The position numbers were made by a program, and so were the translations under genes. A stretch of 64,000 nucleotides of DNA from Vitrella brassicaformis CCMP3155 (lineage: Eukaryota > Protista > Chromerida), in NCBI GenBank assembly GCA_001179505.1, contig CDMY01000869.1, positions 1 through 64,000 of the forward strand, given 5' to 3'. Positions 26,273 through 39,140 of this stretch are shown in pieces. The notes beneath the pieces are model-generated. The model had not been told where the DNA came from, did not search any database, and saw nothing but the letters and a program-made list of their open reading frames with translations. Each line of letters begins with the position of its first letter. The first letter of the stretch is position 1.

Positions 26273-28285
26273 TCAGTGAGTGTGTGTGTATCTGCGGGTT
26301 TGGTTGCGCCCCTGGCGCGGGTGGGGGGCCCCCCGCCGCCCGCTGCGGTCTGTCTGCCCCTCTTCGTCGTCCGACAGACCATGCTGCATTCTTCCCCACT
26401 CCTCCAGAGGATCACGCAACAGCGGCACCAGCAGCTGCCGAACGATGTTTCTCTCGATGGTCTCATTGTGGCTCTGGATGCTCTCCACCGACTCGATTGG
26501 ACTGCCTGCTGCAGCATTGCACTCACGAAGGACCAGCGGCGCAGCGGAGAGGCTGGCCAACGGTGCCCACACCTGTTTCATCAAATAATTCATGAGACAA
26601 GACACACACGAGAAATGCTCACTCAATCGTGGGGGATGGATGTCATGGTAGCGACGAGTGGCCACCTACCTCCGCTGAGTGTACAGTGAAGACCGGCTCG
26701 ACGCTGACGGAGTGAGTGGTGCCGAAGAGGCCATTGGGCCAGCTGCTGCCCTCCTTCATGTCTTTCCCGATACTGAGAGCAGAATGGCCGTATGGGCCGC
26801 CAAAGCTGACGCCATCGCGCTTCAAGTGGAACGACACCTGCTTGGCATGAGTCACCATCGCACACCAGGCCTTCCCCAGAGCACCACGGTCATCCCCGCG
26901 GCGCAGGAATGGGAGGATAGAAGTCTCACTACTAGCAGGGGGCGCCTCAGGGTCCGGCTCCTGAAGGCCAAGTGCGGGTTGGTGCTGCTGGTGGGGCACG
27001 AGGGAGAAGAGCATGTAGCTGCTCACATCGGAGTGGCAGGTTTGCTGCCCCAGCCGCCATTGGAAAGGGGTCACAACGCCGAACGGCTGCAGAGCCAGAA
27101 AAGACAGAAAACGGGCTGTGCTGTGGGTGTCCGACGCACTTCCGCTGTATCTGTCCGTGTATGGTCTGTGTCTGTCTTTCGGGGGGAAGTAGACACCTGG
27201 CTGGGTCCCTGGTCAGTCCGCTGGCGCACGACAAGTACTGCGTGTTTAACTGTGGCGAGTCGATCAAGTAGTGTGTGGAATGAGCATCCGTCCCGAGAGG
27301 TGGACCATATCTTGACCAGTGAGGAGAGGGATGAGAGGGAGTCCAGAGGGTAGGCCAGTGGACGAGGCGGCAGCGGCCCTCCACTCGACAAGGCAGCCAA
27401 GGCAGCGCCACGCCACACCAGAGGCAGGAGGGCCGCCTTGTCGGGCTGGTCCACGATACGACGATACACTCCCAGCGAGCGGCACACCACGCTGGTGGAC
27501 ACATGCACCAAGAAGGACACACACACAGACAGACAGCACTTTGAATGGTGTGGTGTGTGGATGGAACTGAACTGCCATCCATCAGTCAGTACTGCGTGCG
27601 TGCACACCTGTGGCAGCCATCACAGTGGACTCCACGGTCGCTGACAGGAGGTGACACAGCCACCTTAGCACCACACGATACACAGGTACGCAGCGCGCAG
27701 CATACACACACCCACCGCCACCATATGCTGGACAGCTGACAGAGGCGCGAATCACGGCTCAGTCCAAGGGTCCACACGCGGCCGTGAAGCCGCAGGAACC
27801 GACTGGACACACACACACGCACAGACACAAACGAATAGATGTTGATCGATGTGTGTTGATACGTTTGGTTGTGTGGTTGTGGTGGTGGGTGGGTCAGTCG
27901 GTGGATAGCTCACTCACTGGCTTACTGACTGACCCCTTCCAGAGCTCTGCAGTCCACGCCTCTGCTGCGTCGATTGACCCCAGAGAGGCGTGCCCCCTGC
28001 TGTCCATCAGCCACGCGGGACCCAACAAGACGGTGCGCAGCGTGGAGTCCACCACTGGCAGCACTGAAACCACTTGGGCTGCAAACAACATATCGAGGAC
28101 TACTGCCAGCACCTGCATCATCACACAACAGAATGGAATGATGCATCTCGTTCTGCCAGTTGAGATGTGGCAGAATCAGTCGGGCTGCATGAGTTGGCTT
28201 GTGGCCGTTTTGTGTCACCTCTTGCGGCAGGGTGCCGAATGCGTTGTGACGTTCGGTCGTTGACTCCCTGCCTGGAGCTGCGCAT
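26273..28285 (-). CDS. TLDc-domain protein (OXR1/NCOA7 family-like); start uncertain
   Basis: KIWSTSRDGCSFHTLLDRL..VLVVR, PFGVVTPFQW..SSYMLFSL and GVSFGGPYGHSALSIGKDMKEGSS..FTVHSAEV match the TLDc consensus order. Confidence 0.75.
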
Positions 28286-28559
28286 GAGGCCGCTTGCTGA
28301 CCCCCAGATACCCACAGATGCATGGGAGTAGGTGAACTAAAGACGGCTGGAACTATGACAAACGCTTTTATGGACACAGCATCTCTCAGGGCCGGGCCGT
28401 CGTCCCAAGGCCGTCGGTGGCCGTTAGCAGTCAGGGACGGAAGATCGGCCCGCAGCTCGCTTTGGGCGGCGGAAAGAGGAGCAGAGAGCCGGGAGCCGTC
28501 CCACTTTACTGTCTGAGCTGCTGGCCGCAGTCACGACGACACATCTGACTCACCCGGAG

Positions 28560-31500
28560 ATGTTTCGCTCGGCGGGGAGCAAGAAGAATGACAAGGCCGC
28601 TGGGCGGGCGCCCACAGCAGCCGGGAGTGCAGGTACGACACAGGCAGGGAGGAACTACAGGGCCCGATGTGTAACATCCATCGGTCACGGCCTGGCAGTT
28701 CATTCTAGCGTTATGCTCTGCTTGTGCAGATAGTCCGTTGCCGAAGCCAAGTGAGTGGTTCAAGCGTCCCTTCATGCGGCAGCATCAACAGCAGCACCAG
28801 GCAGCCGACGAGTCCACCCATGGACAGGTGCCAGACAGACCTGACGCGCCGCCCCGAGTTTCCTCGGTGGACGGTCTGCCGGAAGGTGGGGGCGACGGGC
28901 TGTCTGACATCGGCGACCTGGGCCTTCCGGCCATCAGCGAGGTTGAGGCCCAGAAGATATCCGAGGGTATCGACCACCTCGCAGATATCAGGAGCGAGGG
29001 GGACGGCGAGGCCGACGAGGCGGATGACTATACTGACGCAGCTAGTGACGCCCTGGAGCCAACCGACGGCATTGAGCTCACGACAGGCCCCGAGGGGCGC
29101 CAACAGGACGGCCAGGAAGAGGCAGAGGGCGAGGCAGAGGGAGAGGAAGAGCTGCAGCGGCGAGGCCGCGGCAGGCTGTCACAGGCCGGGCTGGACAAGC
29201 TGGGCGAGAAGGCCAAAGCAAGTGCCATTGCAAGGCTAGAGAAGGCCAGAAGAAGGTACGTACGAACGGGCGGCAGGCACCACGGCCAGCCAACGGGTGC
29301 ACACACCAAATACAGACAGAGCCTGACCTACACATTTCACAAGGACTTCAGTTTTGCGTGTGTGGTATGCGTTCGTTCAGGCGTGTAACTGAGTCGACAG
29401 CCAGCGCGCGTCTGTTCCAGTCGCTGCAGCTGATCCCATTTGACGTGCAACGGGTGTACAATTTGCCCGAGAGCCTCAAGTCAGAATTGGTTGGTTTGAT
29501 GACATGCCTTGTGGCCGAGCATGTGGACATGGGGCCCTCGCAGCTGTGGGAAATGCCTTCGCCGCCGGCCAGCGACCCTCACCCGCACCCCCACGATCTC
29601 ACCGACCAGTGGGGCAGGGAACTGATCAAGACTTTCGCCACCATCATCGGCCTGCCCGACACACACAGCCGGGCCTTCGTCAAGATGTACGACTTGCGCA
29701 CTGAGATGGACGGTGGGGGTGGTGGGGGTGGGGGTGGTGACCCTGCTGACAAGCCCCGGTTTCGCCGGCTGAGTTTCTCCAAGCGGCGCTCGCAGCCTCC
29801 TCCCTCGTCCCCCTTCTTTATCGAGCCCTTCACAAGAGCCATCCTGGACTACTGTGAGACGGACCAGTCCGCCATCACTACCGTCTTCGACAAGGCCAAG
29901 GCAGCGGCGGTGCAACGACTCAAGGCCGAGAGCGCCGCAACGACACAACAGACCGACAGCCCTGGTGGGGCGGCCACTCACGAGCCGAGCAAGGACGCGT
30001 CCCCCCAGCCATCCGATGCCCCCGCAGCAGCCGCAGCCGCCGCAGTGGAGGCGTCTTCATCTCAGGAGTCGGTGGACCTGCTTGGTTTGGATGAGCAGCC
30101 ACCAGCAGGGGAGAGCAGCCATGACGATGGCTTTGACGATATGGTTGGCGAGGACGAGGTGGCGTTGGGTGAGCCGCAGCCGCCATGGGCGTTTGTGGAG
30201 TCGTTGGAGGCGCCCAGGAGGTGCCAGGTGCTGGTCAGGGACCTGCTCGTGACCATAGTGACCAGAACAGGGTGCTTCAACGCGAGGGTGCATGCCATAA
30301 TTGTTAGATTGGGCTATCACTTCCACCTGGGCGAGCTAGCCATCTCGCGACTGGAAGAAGACCTTGGTCAGTGCAGTGCATACTCGACCAACGAGCACGC
30401 TAATGCATGGCATGCATCAATCTACTGCGCCTCAGGTGAGCAATTAGCAAGCCAGCTGGCCGTCAAGAAGCAGGAGGACAAGCGGGCAAAACGGTATGCA
30501 TGCGTGAGGTGTGAATGAGGTGTGGTGCCTCCCTCCCTCCCTGTACCTCCCTCCCTCGCTTGGTGTCCGTCCATTCGTGTCTGTCCACCAGAAACCGGCG
30601 GCTCAAAGTGGCTGGTGCTGCCGTCGGTGGTGGAGCCTTGATCGCTCTGACGGGTGGCCTGGCGGCGCCCGCCATTGCGGCAGGATGGGCTGCCCTGGGG
30701 CTGGGCGGGGCCGTGTCGGCTGGCGTGGGGGCCTTCCTGGCCTCCACTGGCGGCACTGCTCTTGTTGCCTCTCTCTTTGGTGTGGGGGGTGCTGGGCTGA
30801 CGGGGTGGAAGCTCAGCCGGCGGATCGGACATCTGAAAGAATTCGAGTTCGAGCTGCTCAAGGGGGGGAATGCACTGCAGGTGGTGGTGGGGGTGAGCGG
30901 GTGGCTCGAGACACTTGATGACGTCACTGCACCATGGGTGGGTGGGTGGGTGGGTGGCCATCGGGCGGAAGGGGAGAGAGAGGGGACGGAAAGCGATTGC
31001 GACCTGGACGTCCATGTGTCTCTTTTGGTCGCAGGCTGAGGGACTGCAGGGCACAGTGTGCGACCTGTACGCACTGCGGTGAGCAGCTCTCGGTCCCAAC
31101 ATGCAAGAGGTGTTTGTTGAGGTGGCCGTCTTCCCTGTTGGTTGGCTGGTGTCAGGTGGGAGTCTCGTGAGCTTCTCGCACTTGGCCGCCTACTTCTGAA
31201 TATGATCGCACAGGAAAGACAAATAAGGCACGGAAGAATCCACATGGAGGGAGGGAGGGTGCGATCTGCTCCGCTTGCCTGGGTGGGTGGATGGTTTGTA
31301 CAGGAGTTCGCGACTCATGCAGCGCAGTACTGGCTCAAGACGACCATCTATGGCGCTGTAGGTATGGCGCTCGCCTGGCCCGTGTCGCTCATCAAGTTCG
31401 CCTCCAATTTAGACAACGCGTGGCTACTGTGCAGGTCAGTTCATCCTGCCTGCCGACACAAGACGCCCTGCCAGCTGGCAAGCTGCATCAAGTGTGTCCT

Positions 31501-32274
31501 TGTGTGGTGGCTCAGGCAGCGGGCGCAGCAGGCCGGCACGCTACTCGCTGAGGCAGTGGCGGACACGCAGACGGTGGGGCAGCGACCAGGTGGGCATCCA
31601 GCTGGACTCGTCCACTTGATGGCGGATGCTCGCATGGGCTTCCGTGGTGTGGATGTTATTTAGTAACCCTGATTGGATATTCGATGGGCGCCAGAGTCAT
31701 TTTCCATGCACTGCAAGAGCTGTACAGACAAGTGAGGACGCCACGCCTGGCCTGCACTCCTGATATCACGGGATACCGCGTGTGTGTGTGTGTGTGTGTT
31801 GCCCTTCCCTCGTTCGCGTGGATGGTTGCTGCGACACAGCGGAAGTTGAATTGTGTGGCTCATGTGGTGTTGATGGGTCTCCCGACGTCGACGGACACAC
31901 AGCTGTGGCAGAGGGCGAGAGCAGTGGTGGCCGGCCGCCTCGTCAACGTCTACGCATCGTCTGACTGGCTGCTTGGCTTCCTCTTCAGATACATGGAGTG
32001 GGGCATACAGGTCGGTCAACAGCCCTTTCCCACCAACACGCAACACACATGAGCAGGCAGGCAGGCAGGAGGTGTTCATGACACAGTGGCACAAAAGTGG
32101 ATCGACACACACTCGTTCGCCGCCTGTCCGTGCACCCATCAGGTTGCGGGTCTTCACCGGGTGGAGGGCGTGGCTGGGGTGGAAAACGTAGAAGTACGGG
32201 GCCTCATCAAGAGTCACGATCAGTATCCGCTGAAGTGTTCGGAGCTTTTGACTATGGTTGGTCTGCCGATATGA
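28560..32274 (+). CDS. TMCO4: DUF726/TMCO4 family membrane protein (alpha/beta-hydrolase-like C-terminus)
   Basis: [46 protein letters not shown]; [19 protein letters not shown]; [12 protein letters not shown]; GARVIFHAL; VVLMGLP; [18 protein letters not shown]. Confidence 0.88.
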
Positions 32275-32377
32275 GTGCCACGATGTAGAGTAACTGTTTC
32301 TATTCTGTATGTATATTGCAACCTTGAGTATATGAGTGACCTACAGTTTTTGTGGTGTGATAACACGACGACACGCA

Positions 32378-34056
32378 TTACAGCACACTAAGGTCAAATG
32401 CCCGTCTGACCCGAGGCGCTCTCGTTCCAGGCACGAGGTCAAACCGCTGACACCAGTGCACAAAAGAGACATAAGAGAGAGACACAGAGACATGCGCTCC
32501 GCTCACACTCAAATGTCTCACTCGCCGAGCAGGCTGTGCGTGTTGGCCCTTACCTTCATAGCCAGTGAATTGTGCACATCCGAGTGCATCTGAGCTTTGT
32601 ACTCGCTCTTCCAGTGTGCTGCATGCATAAATGCGCACTCGCGGCTGTGGAAGTGCCAGAAAAGGGGAGCAGGGTAGCTTACGCTTGTGGCCTTTCAGGC
32701 ACTTGGAGACTTCCGCGCCCGGCCTGGCGGCATTGACGCCCCCGACAGACACAGACGGGAGCTTCCCTGCCAAAATCATGAAGAACACCTACTCCGGCCG
32801 CATCTGTCGTTGTGTCCTGTGTGTTCGAGTGTATTGACGCTTACTGTTCACGTCGGCTTGTTTCAGCGATGCAGTCAGGGATTCCACATCGCCGCTGTCC
32901 TTGAAATAGCTGCTTGCCATCAGCTCTTCCTGCTCCTTCTTGCTGATCGGATACACTGACGATATCCTTGAATAGATGCTTCCGATCGGCTGATGACACA
33001 TACACCGAGGATTTAAAGTGCACGCCCGTACCCCCCCATGCACAACATAGACAGCGCTCGAGATATCCACGTACCAGAGAGCTGAAGTTCAAATATGCTC
33101 TTTTCGGGCGGTGGGGCCTGCAATGCGATCGACAAGGAAATCGTCTCACAGTGCGATGAGCGATGCATGAGAGAGGGTCCACTGACAGTTTGAGCCGCAG
33201 CCACACTACCTTTGTGTCGAGCCGATGAAGTGATCGGAATAGTCCGACTTGACTCCATCATATTCCCGGGCAAGCCACTTGAGAGAACGCACACCATCGA
33301 GGAACACACGAACCTAAACAGACAAAGGACGGAAAGCATGCACCAGTGAGCCCGAGCCAAGTTCGTGTGCTTTACTTTGTCAGACGATTTGTTTTTTTTA
33401 ATCCATGACATTACAGCATCCTGACGATTTGTACTGATAACATTGCTCAGTGCAAGCAACTGAGGAGAAAGCACCAAGCAATGAAGAGAAGACCCCTAAC
33501 TCGTCTGATGCCTACAGTTTTGTCAGAGGAGGTCGAGGTGGCAACGTCGCCGCCATCTGTCTGGCGGGCCTTCTTGGCCACTGACTCTTGCACAGAGCCG
33601 TTCATGAGCTGATATGTGCTGTACACCGGACAGCAACCAGTGGTTTGAGATGGGGGCTCACGGCACACACGTACCTTCTGAAACGCTGCTTATCTGACGT
33701 CACAGCAAAGAATAATCATGTATGCACGTCGCAGTCCGCTTGCTGTGCCCCACCCAGTGGCACCCACCCATGTAGTCAGCGTATGACAGCCGTTTGGGGC
33801 GGATGTCTTCCCCCAAACCGCCATTTCCTCCTTCCTCGGGGGGATTGTCCGAAATGAATCGAGCGAGGTCCTTGAGGGCTATTTCCATGGCCTTTTTCTC
33901 ATTTGTTGGCCTCGACCTGTACCATCGAGAGACTACCCTCCACTGGCAACAGCCGAAGAGATTCTGCAAGACGCCGGTCATGACTTCGCCCGGGAGGTCG
34001 GCAGCTGAGCCATCGAAGGCGAGGAGGGTCGGTGGCGTCCGGGGTGGACGTGACAT
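32378..34056 (-). CDS. Hypothetical multi-exon protein with an N-terminal F-box-like motif; 3' end uncertain
   Basis: DLPGEVMTGVLQNLFGCCQWRVVSRWY resembles the F-box consensus. It is followed by a chain of short GT-AG introns and protein-like exons down to about 32400. Confidence 0.5.
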
Positions 34057-34403
34057 CGTGACAAAGGGGGAGAGGCGATCACGCGTTGTGGACGTGTTGG
34101 AGGGGATGGAGGGGAGGGAAGGAAGTCAGAAGGCCGTTTGCCCCCAATTCCCCCGGTTTTGAGCTAGCTCGCTTCCTGTTCCGATTGACCACATCAACAA
34201 CGCGAATACAGCTGTCCATGCAAGACGCCACAGATATCGCCGACCTCGCAGGCACCCGCAGATCAAATTTGAAGGTGGCGAGAATGTCCCGCGCACAACA
34301 GCGGTGCTGTGAAGGAAAAAGAGGAAATGCTGCCAAAATCTTGTGTTCCTTTTGTACTGTGGCAGTAGGTTTCCATTCGCTCTACATGCTGTGCCCGTAA
34401 GTG

Positions 34404-37320
34404 ATGGGTGCCGGAGCCTCTGCACCCTTATTCTGTGCCAGACGTCGACAAAAATCGGACTTCGCCTCGTTTCTAGCAAGCGGGCCCGAAGGCGATGGTG
34501 CGCGCGAGAAGGGGCGTCAAGCGTCGAGTTTCAAGGACTTCATAAGGAGCGTTGACGGCGATGACAACGGAGATGAATCAACAAGACCGGAAGGTAGCGA
34601 TGTGGCATCTAAGTATGACGACGGGCTGACGACCAAGGGACCGCTGGTCACCATCTTCATCGGGACGGAGCATGGTTTCACCTCTGAAGTGGCCGACCGG
34701 ATAGTGGAACTCATAAAGGAAAAGACTGGCTACAGGTGCACGCACTGCTTTTTTTTCAGCCTTTGCCTGATTTGACTGCTTCTTACTCTTGGTGTATCAA
34801 ATGCGTAGGGTGTTGCAGAAGGACCTTTCCTCATTCACCGAAGGGTCGAAGGCGACACTCATGGGGATGACCCGAATGTCGGTGGCCCTTGTGATGTGTT
34901 CAACCCACGGTCGGCCGTTTGAAACAGTCAGACCGTATATAAGGGAACGATTCCATTCCATGATGTTGTTTTGCAGGGGATGGCGATCCGCCCGAAGACG
35001 TCAAGCCTTTCTACGCGTTTTTGCATTCTGCCGGCGCTCCTTCACTGGAATCCTTGCGATACTCTGTTCTTGCGATGGGTGAGAGAGAGCTGGCCATGTG
35101 GGCACCGCCGATTCTGCCTGTGTGCAAACAGGCGACAAGAACTACCCCAAGTTCTGTCAGTGCGGAAAAGACATAGACGAGAGGCTGCTGAGGTTCGTCG
35201 TCTTTGGCTTGAGCAACGGAGCTATGTGTGATTTTCCCTACGCTGCAGGCTCGGTGCAACACGACTGGCGTCTCGTGCGGACATCGACCAAGAGGACTGG
35301 TGTAAGATCATGAGGTGGGCCGATGAGGCGATTGAAAGCTTGCTAAAGATCCAGGAAAACCTGGTATTCGAAGCGTCGGATGTCGAAGACGACGAGGCCA
35401 TGTTAGGCGACGAGGCGGCCACACAAGATGACGTCGTACTGCGGCGAGAGACATGCAACGGCGACGAAAACTCCCTGCACTCTCGCATGCATCCATTCTT
35501 CGCCGAAGGTAGTGGAGGGGGCCCGTTGCCGCATTGCAGCATGGGCTGGGTGATGTTCTGCAGTGGACGAGAAAAGGGACCTGTGCGCGACAGATCCGAA
35601 TGGGGACAAAAGGGTCATGCACATTTCGGTCAAACTAGGTGGGGAAGCGTCGGACCGAAGAAAGCGAGGAGAAGGCGACGCCCTTTTTCTGGTGCAGGCA
35701 GTGAGATGCAGTACATCCCCGGTGATGCGCTAGGGATATGGCCGCTCAATCCATCCGAAGAGGTGGACCAGATTCTTACGAGCTGTCGGCTTACTGGAGA
35801 CGAGCTCGTGCAGGTGCGTAAGAGTCCGCCCACCTTGCATTCGTGGGTCTGTGCTTCTTCCGGACGACTGTCAGCTTCCAAAGTCATACGAGAAGAGGAT
35901 ACCTCGTGGGCAAGGCCTACTTGAACTCACACGACAAAGCGGTGGCGGCCGGACAAGCGATATGCAGTCTAGTACAAAACTAAGGCTCCGCGACGCCCTC
36001 ATGACTGTTTGCGATGTGAGGACCGTCACGGCCGCCTTCCAAAGAAAAGCCAACTTTGGTCGACAACTTCACCTGGTTGAGGCATTAGAGGTAAGGGAAT
36101 CGCAGCCCTGCAACGTTGTTTTCGCGACTGCTTACGTCATCAGGTACTTCAAAGCACTGGCTGGTCCTGCTCCGCACAAGAGCTAATAAGTAAGGGCGTA
36201 ACGGACTCAACCGCAGCTCGCCCTTGACTTCATGTCATTCTAGACAGCCTCAGGCCGCAAAAGCCTCGGCTGTACTCGATCAGTTCATCCCCTCATCATG
36301 GCCCGAGGTGCTCAGTGTGCGTTGCTGTCCTTAAATACTGGGTGGCCGGAAGATGCTGGAAAGGCAAGCGCTCTTACAGAACGCATTCCGCCAATTGTTC
36401 TCCTCGTTCCTTCACAATGACATGCAAAAATTGTTGGTGCAGGCGTTACAACAGGGTGGTTGGAGAGAGACATCGTTCCCGGGAGCCGTCTTCCGGTTTT
36501 CATCCAGCAGAACGAGTCTTTCCGCTTGCCTCCGCGCTTTGAAAAACCGACCATTATGATCGGGCCAGGAACGGGAATCGCTCCCTTTAGGGCTTTTATC
36601 CAAGAACAAGAAAGAAGACGGGACGCCGAGACCGCATCGCCGTCTCAGCCATCGAAGCACGTCCTCTTTTTTGGATGTAGGAAAAGGTGAAACGGCGAAC
36701 CCTGAGGTCACTTAGATTCAATTGCACTTCGTTTGTCAGGGACGAAGACTTTCTCTACGCGGATGAGCTCGGAGCATGGGACAAGAGCGGTATTATTCAG
36801 TTGCATGTCGCTTTTTCGCGAGAAACGGTGGGCACTCCGACGACGAACGTTCTCTGAACGGCCTTGCAGCTGCAGAATGGAACTATCGTTTCGTTTGTCC
36901 AGGGAAGCAAAGTTTACGTTCAACACTTGCTACAGCGCCATTCAGATTTTCTTTGGAGACTGCTTGAGGTAAGATTTCCCTAGAGTTCAGATGTTTTGGA
37001 TATCTAGCGTCGCGTCCTTCGTAGGAGGGGGCGCACATATACGTGTGTGGAGACGCGTCTATGATGGCACGAGACGTCCATGAGACTCTTCAGCGGGTGC
37101 GGCGGCGTCAGGAAAGAAAAGCATGCATCTAATATTTGCAGATAAGGCCTTGTTTATGCAGATAATTGCCGACAAGGAGTCGTGCAGCATTTCGGCGGCT
37201 GAATCGCAGCTGCAGGTAAAAGAAAAAGAGATGCGGAAGAGGAGAATTGCGCTTTCTTTTCTCCGCTGTATTTAGGAGTGGATGTCTCGCGGGCGCTATC
37301 AACGCGATATTTGGTCTTGA
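34404..37320 (+). CDS. NADPH-dependent diflavin reductase, sulfite reductase flavoprotein (CysJ)-like, with an N-myristoylation motif
   Basis: MGAGAS start. Flavodoxin motifs IFIGTEHGFTSEVA, CSTH|GDGDPP and GDKNYPKFCQCGKDID; FAD-binding PGDALGIWPLN and LRPQKPRLYSISSSP; NAD-binding IMIGPGTGIAPFRAF, LFFGCR, KVYVQ, AHIYVCGDA; ends RYQRDIWS*. Confidence 0.92.
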
Positions 37321-38348
37321 AATCATTTCGAGTAAAACTTGGCGAGAGAATAGCCGTCGAATACATTCAAAGAGAAACAGAAAAGGGAGCCAGTTCCCTA
37401 GATGCAGAGACACGCTGTCAGGCTTGCGACAGAAATGTCTGCTACGAAACATTTAGCTCACGAACTTTGACAAATGAACATTGAACGACTGGGAGAGGTG
37501 CAGAAATTGCCTTCCTGCATTCCTTTCTTCTCATGTATACTAAATCGGATATCTCCTTCGTGAAACGCCACGGGGTTCACTTCACACGCCATTATGACGA
37601 ATGGAAACCTGCTTATCTCTCAACGTCAAGTGCCTGCAAAGGTGACAAAGAAAGGAAACGTGATCGCAACGTGACCAGCGTGATGAACTGTCAAGGAAGC
37701 AGAGACACTCGTGTAGTGTTCTGACACTCGTGACACGCTTCACTTCTACAAGAGGACGCGGGCTCTCTGTGAACCATGGATCACTGGTGTCTGAAATATG
37801 GGCTTGATTGCGGGCAAACTGTGAACTACCACGGCAACGCAGATCCGGCGCTGGCTTTTCCTGACGGCGTTTTGGTTAACAACATTTCCTTCTTGTCATG
37901 ACGTCCATAAAAAATCTCCACATCAAACATCAAGCAAGGACCACACACGTTGTGAGGGCTCTGTGGCGTGCTCGTGTGTGTCGAAAGCGAAATTGGTTCG
38001 TTATCCATTCTCTGCGCTCATACAAATGTCAGCGAGTGTGACCCCTGACCCTTTGCATTACCGAAACCCTCCTTCCTTCGCACGTTATGTGGAGGTGAAA
38101 ACAATTTCGCCGCTTCACCACTTCCTTGAATGACGAATGGTCGTCAAAATACAGAACACGAAAGTGTCGGATATTTCTCTCTTGTTGTCACCCTCTCTCT
38201 GCTTGGCACCGACGTTTCGAAGATCGTGTACACGTAAACGGGTCTTTGAAGTCCTCATTGGACCAGGCTGTCTCACTTGAATGAAGGACGACGCTGAAGA
38301 AGTCACAGCAAACGTCGAACATTGAGTCAGAACGACAAATGGCAACAT

Positions 38349-38579
38349 TAAAAGATCGATTCATCCGCAAGACATTTTCGATGAATCGCTTTCAAAGAAG
38401 CATGGGCGACCAGCACATCTGATCTAGAGACATTGTCACCGCGATAGTCTATGCTGGTCGGTCCGGAAGCTTGGATGACGAGAAAAAAGGCAAAGGGTGA
38501 ATCCAACTGACTAGGAGGTTACGAACACTAGACTGATAGACTATTTCAACAAGTAGACCACGAGACATACTCTAGTGGC
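38349..38579. repeat. ~230-bp direct repeat, copy 1 (hairpin-rich)
   Basis: About 95% identical by eye (about 10 differences) to 38911-39140. Confidence 0.95.
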
Positions 38580-38584
38580 CCTTT

Positions 38585-38662
38585 CTACGCCGATGAAAGG
38601 CAACCAGGGCCTATTACACAAGACTACGCCGATGAAAGGCAACCAGAGCCTATTACACAAGA
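38585..38662. repeat. 39-bp tandem duplication (2 units, 1 mismatch)
   Basis: ctacgccgatgaaaggcaaccag(g/a)gcctattacacaaga occurs twice. Confidence 0.95.
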
Positions 38663-38910
38663 AAATCAACAGAACAACAATTCTACTTGTGACAGTAAAA
38701 AGAGTACTTAAGTGCTCTACTTCGGTTTTCGAAAACGCTTGTCTTGTGCCATGATACTTCGGCATTTGCTCTACGAGGCGATGGCATGGCTCATAACATC
38801 TTCACCGGAAGATCCTAGCAAATCCGAATGACAGGATGTTTCACCACAAAGCTACGCGAAACGTATGGCAGGATAACTCTTCCATTTCGAGGCAATTATA
38901 GCTGCCAGAA

Positions 38911-39140
38911 TAAAACATCGATTCATCCGCAAGACATTGTCAATGAATCGCTTTCAAAGAAGCATGGGCGACCAGCACATCTGATCTAGAGACATTGTCA
39001 CCGCGATGGTCTATGCTGGTCGGTCCGCAAGCTTGGATGACGAGGAAAAGGCAAAGGGTGAATCCAACTGACTAGGAGATTGCGAACACTAGATTGATAG
39101 ACTATTTTAACAAGTAGACCACGAGACATACTCTAGTGGC
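38911..39140. repeat. ~230-bp direct repeat, copy 2, flanked by an imperfect 23-24 bp duplication
   Basis: Matches 38349-38579. Flanks are gaggcaattatagctgccagaat (38889-38911) and gaggcaatttgagcttccagaat (39141-39163). Confidence 0.92.

Noticed and set aside
38280-38540. In-frame TGA series suggesting selenocysteine or stop-codon readthrough
   Set aside because: The frame also contains TAG stops, has no recognisable selenoprotein motif, and is better explained as non-coding or decayed sequence.
38585-38662. CRISPR-like repeat
   Set aside because: Only two adjacent units with no spacer, in a eukaryotic context with no cas genes; it is a simple tandem duplication.
38349-39140. Canonical LTR retrotransposon, hammerhead ribozyme or spliceosomal snRNA
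   Set aside because: No TG...CA termini, PBS/PPT or RT/gag, no hammerhead core, and no U1/U2/U4/U5/U6 or U3 box signatures recognised.
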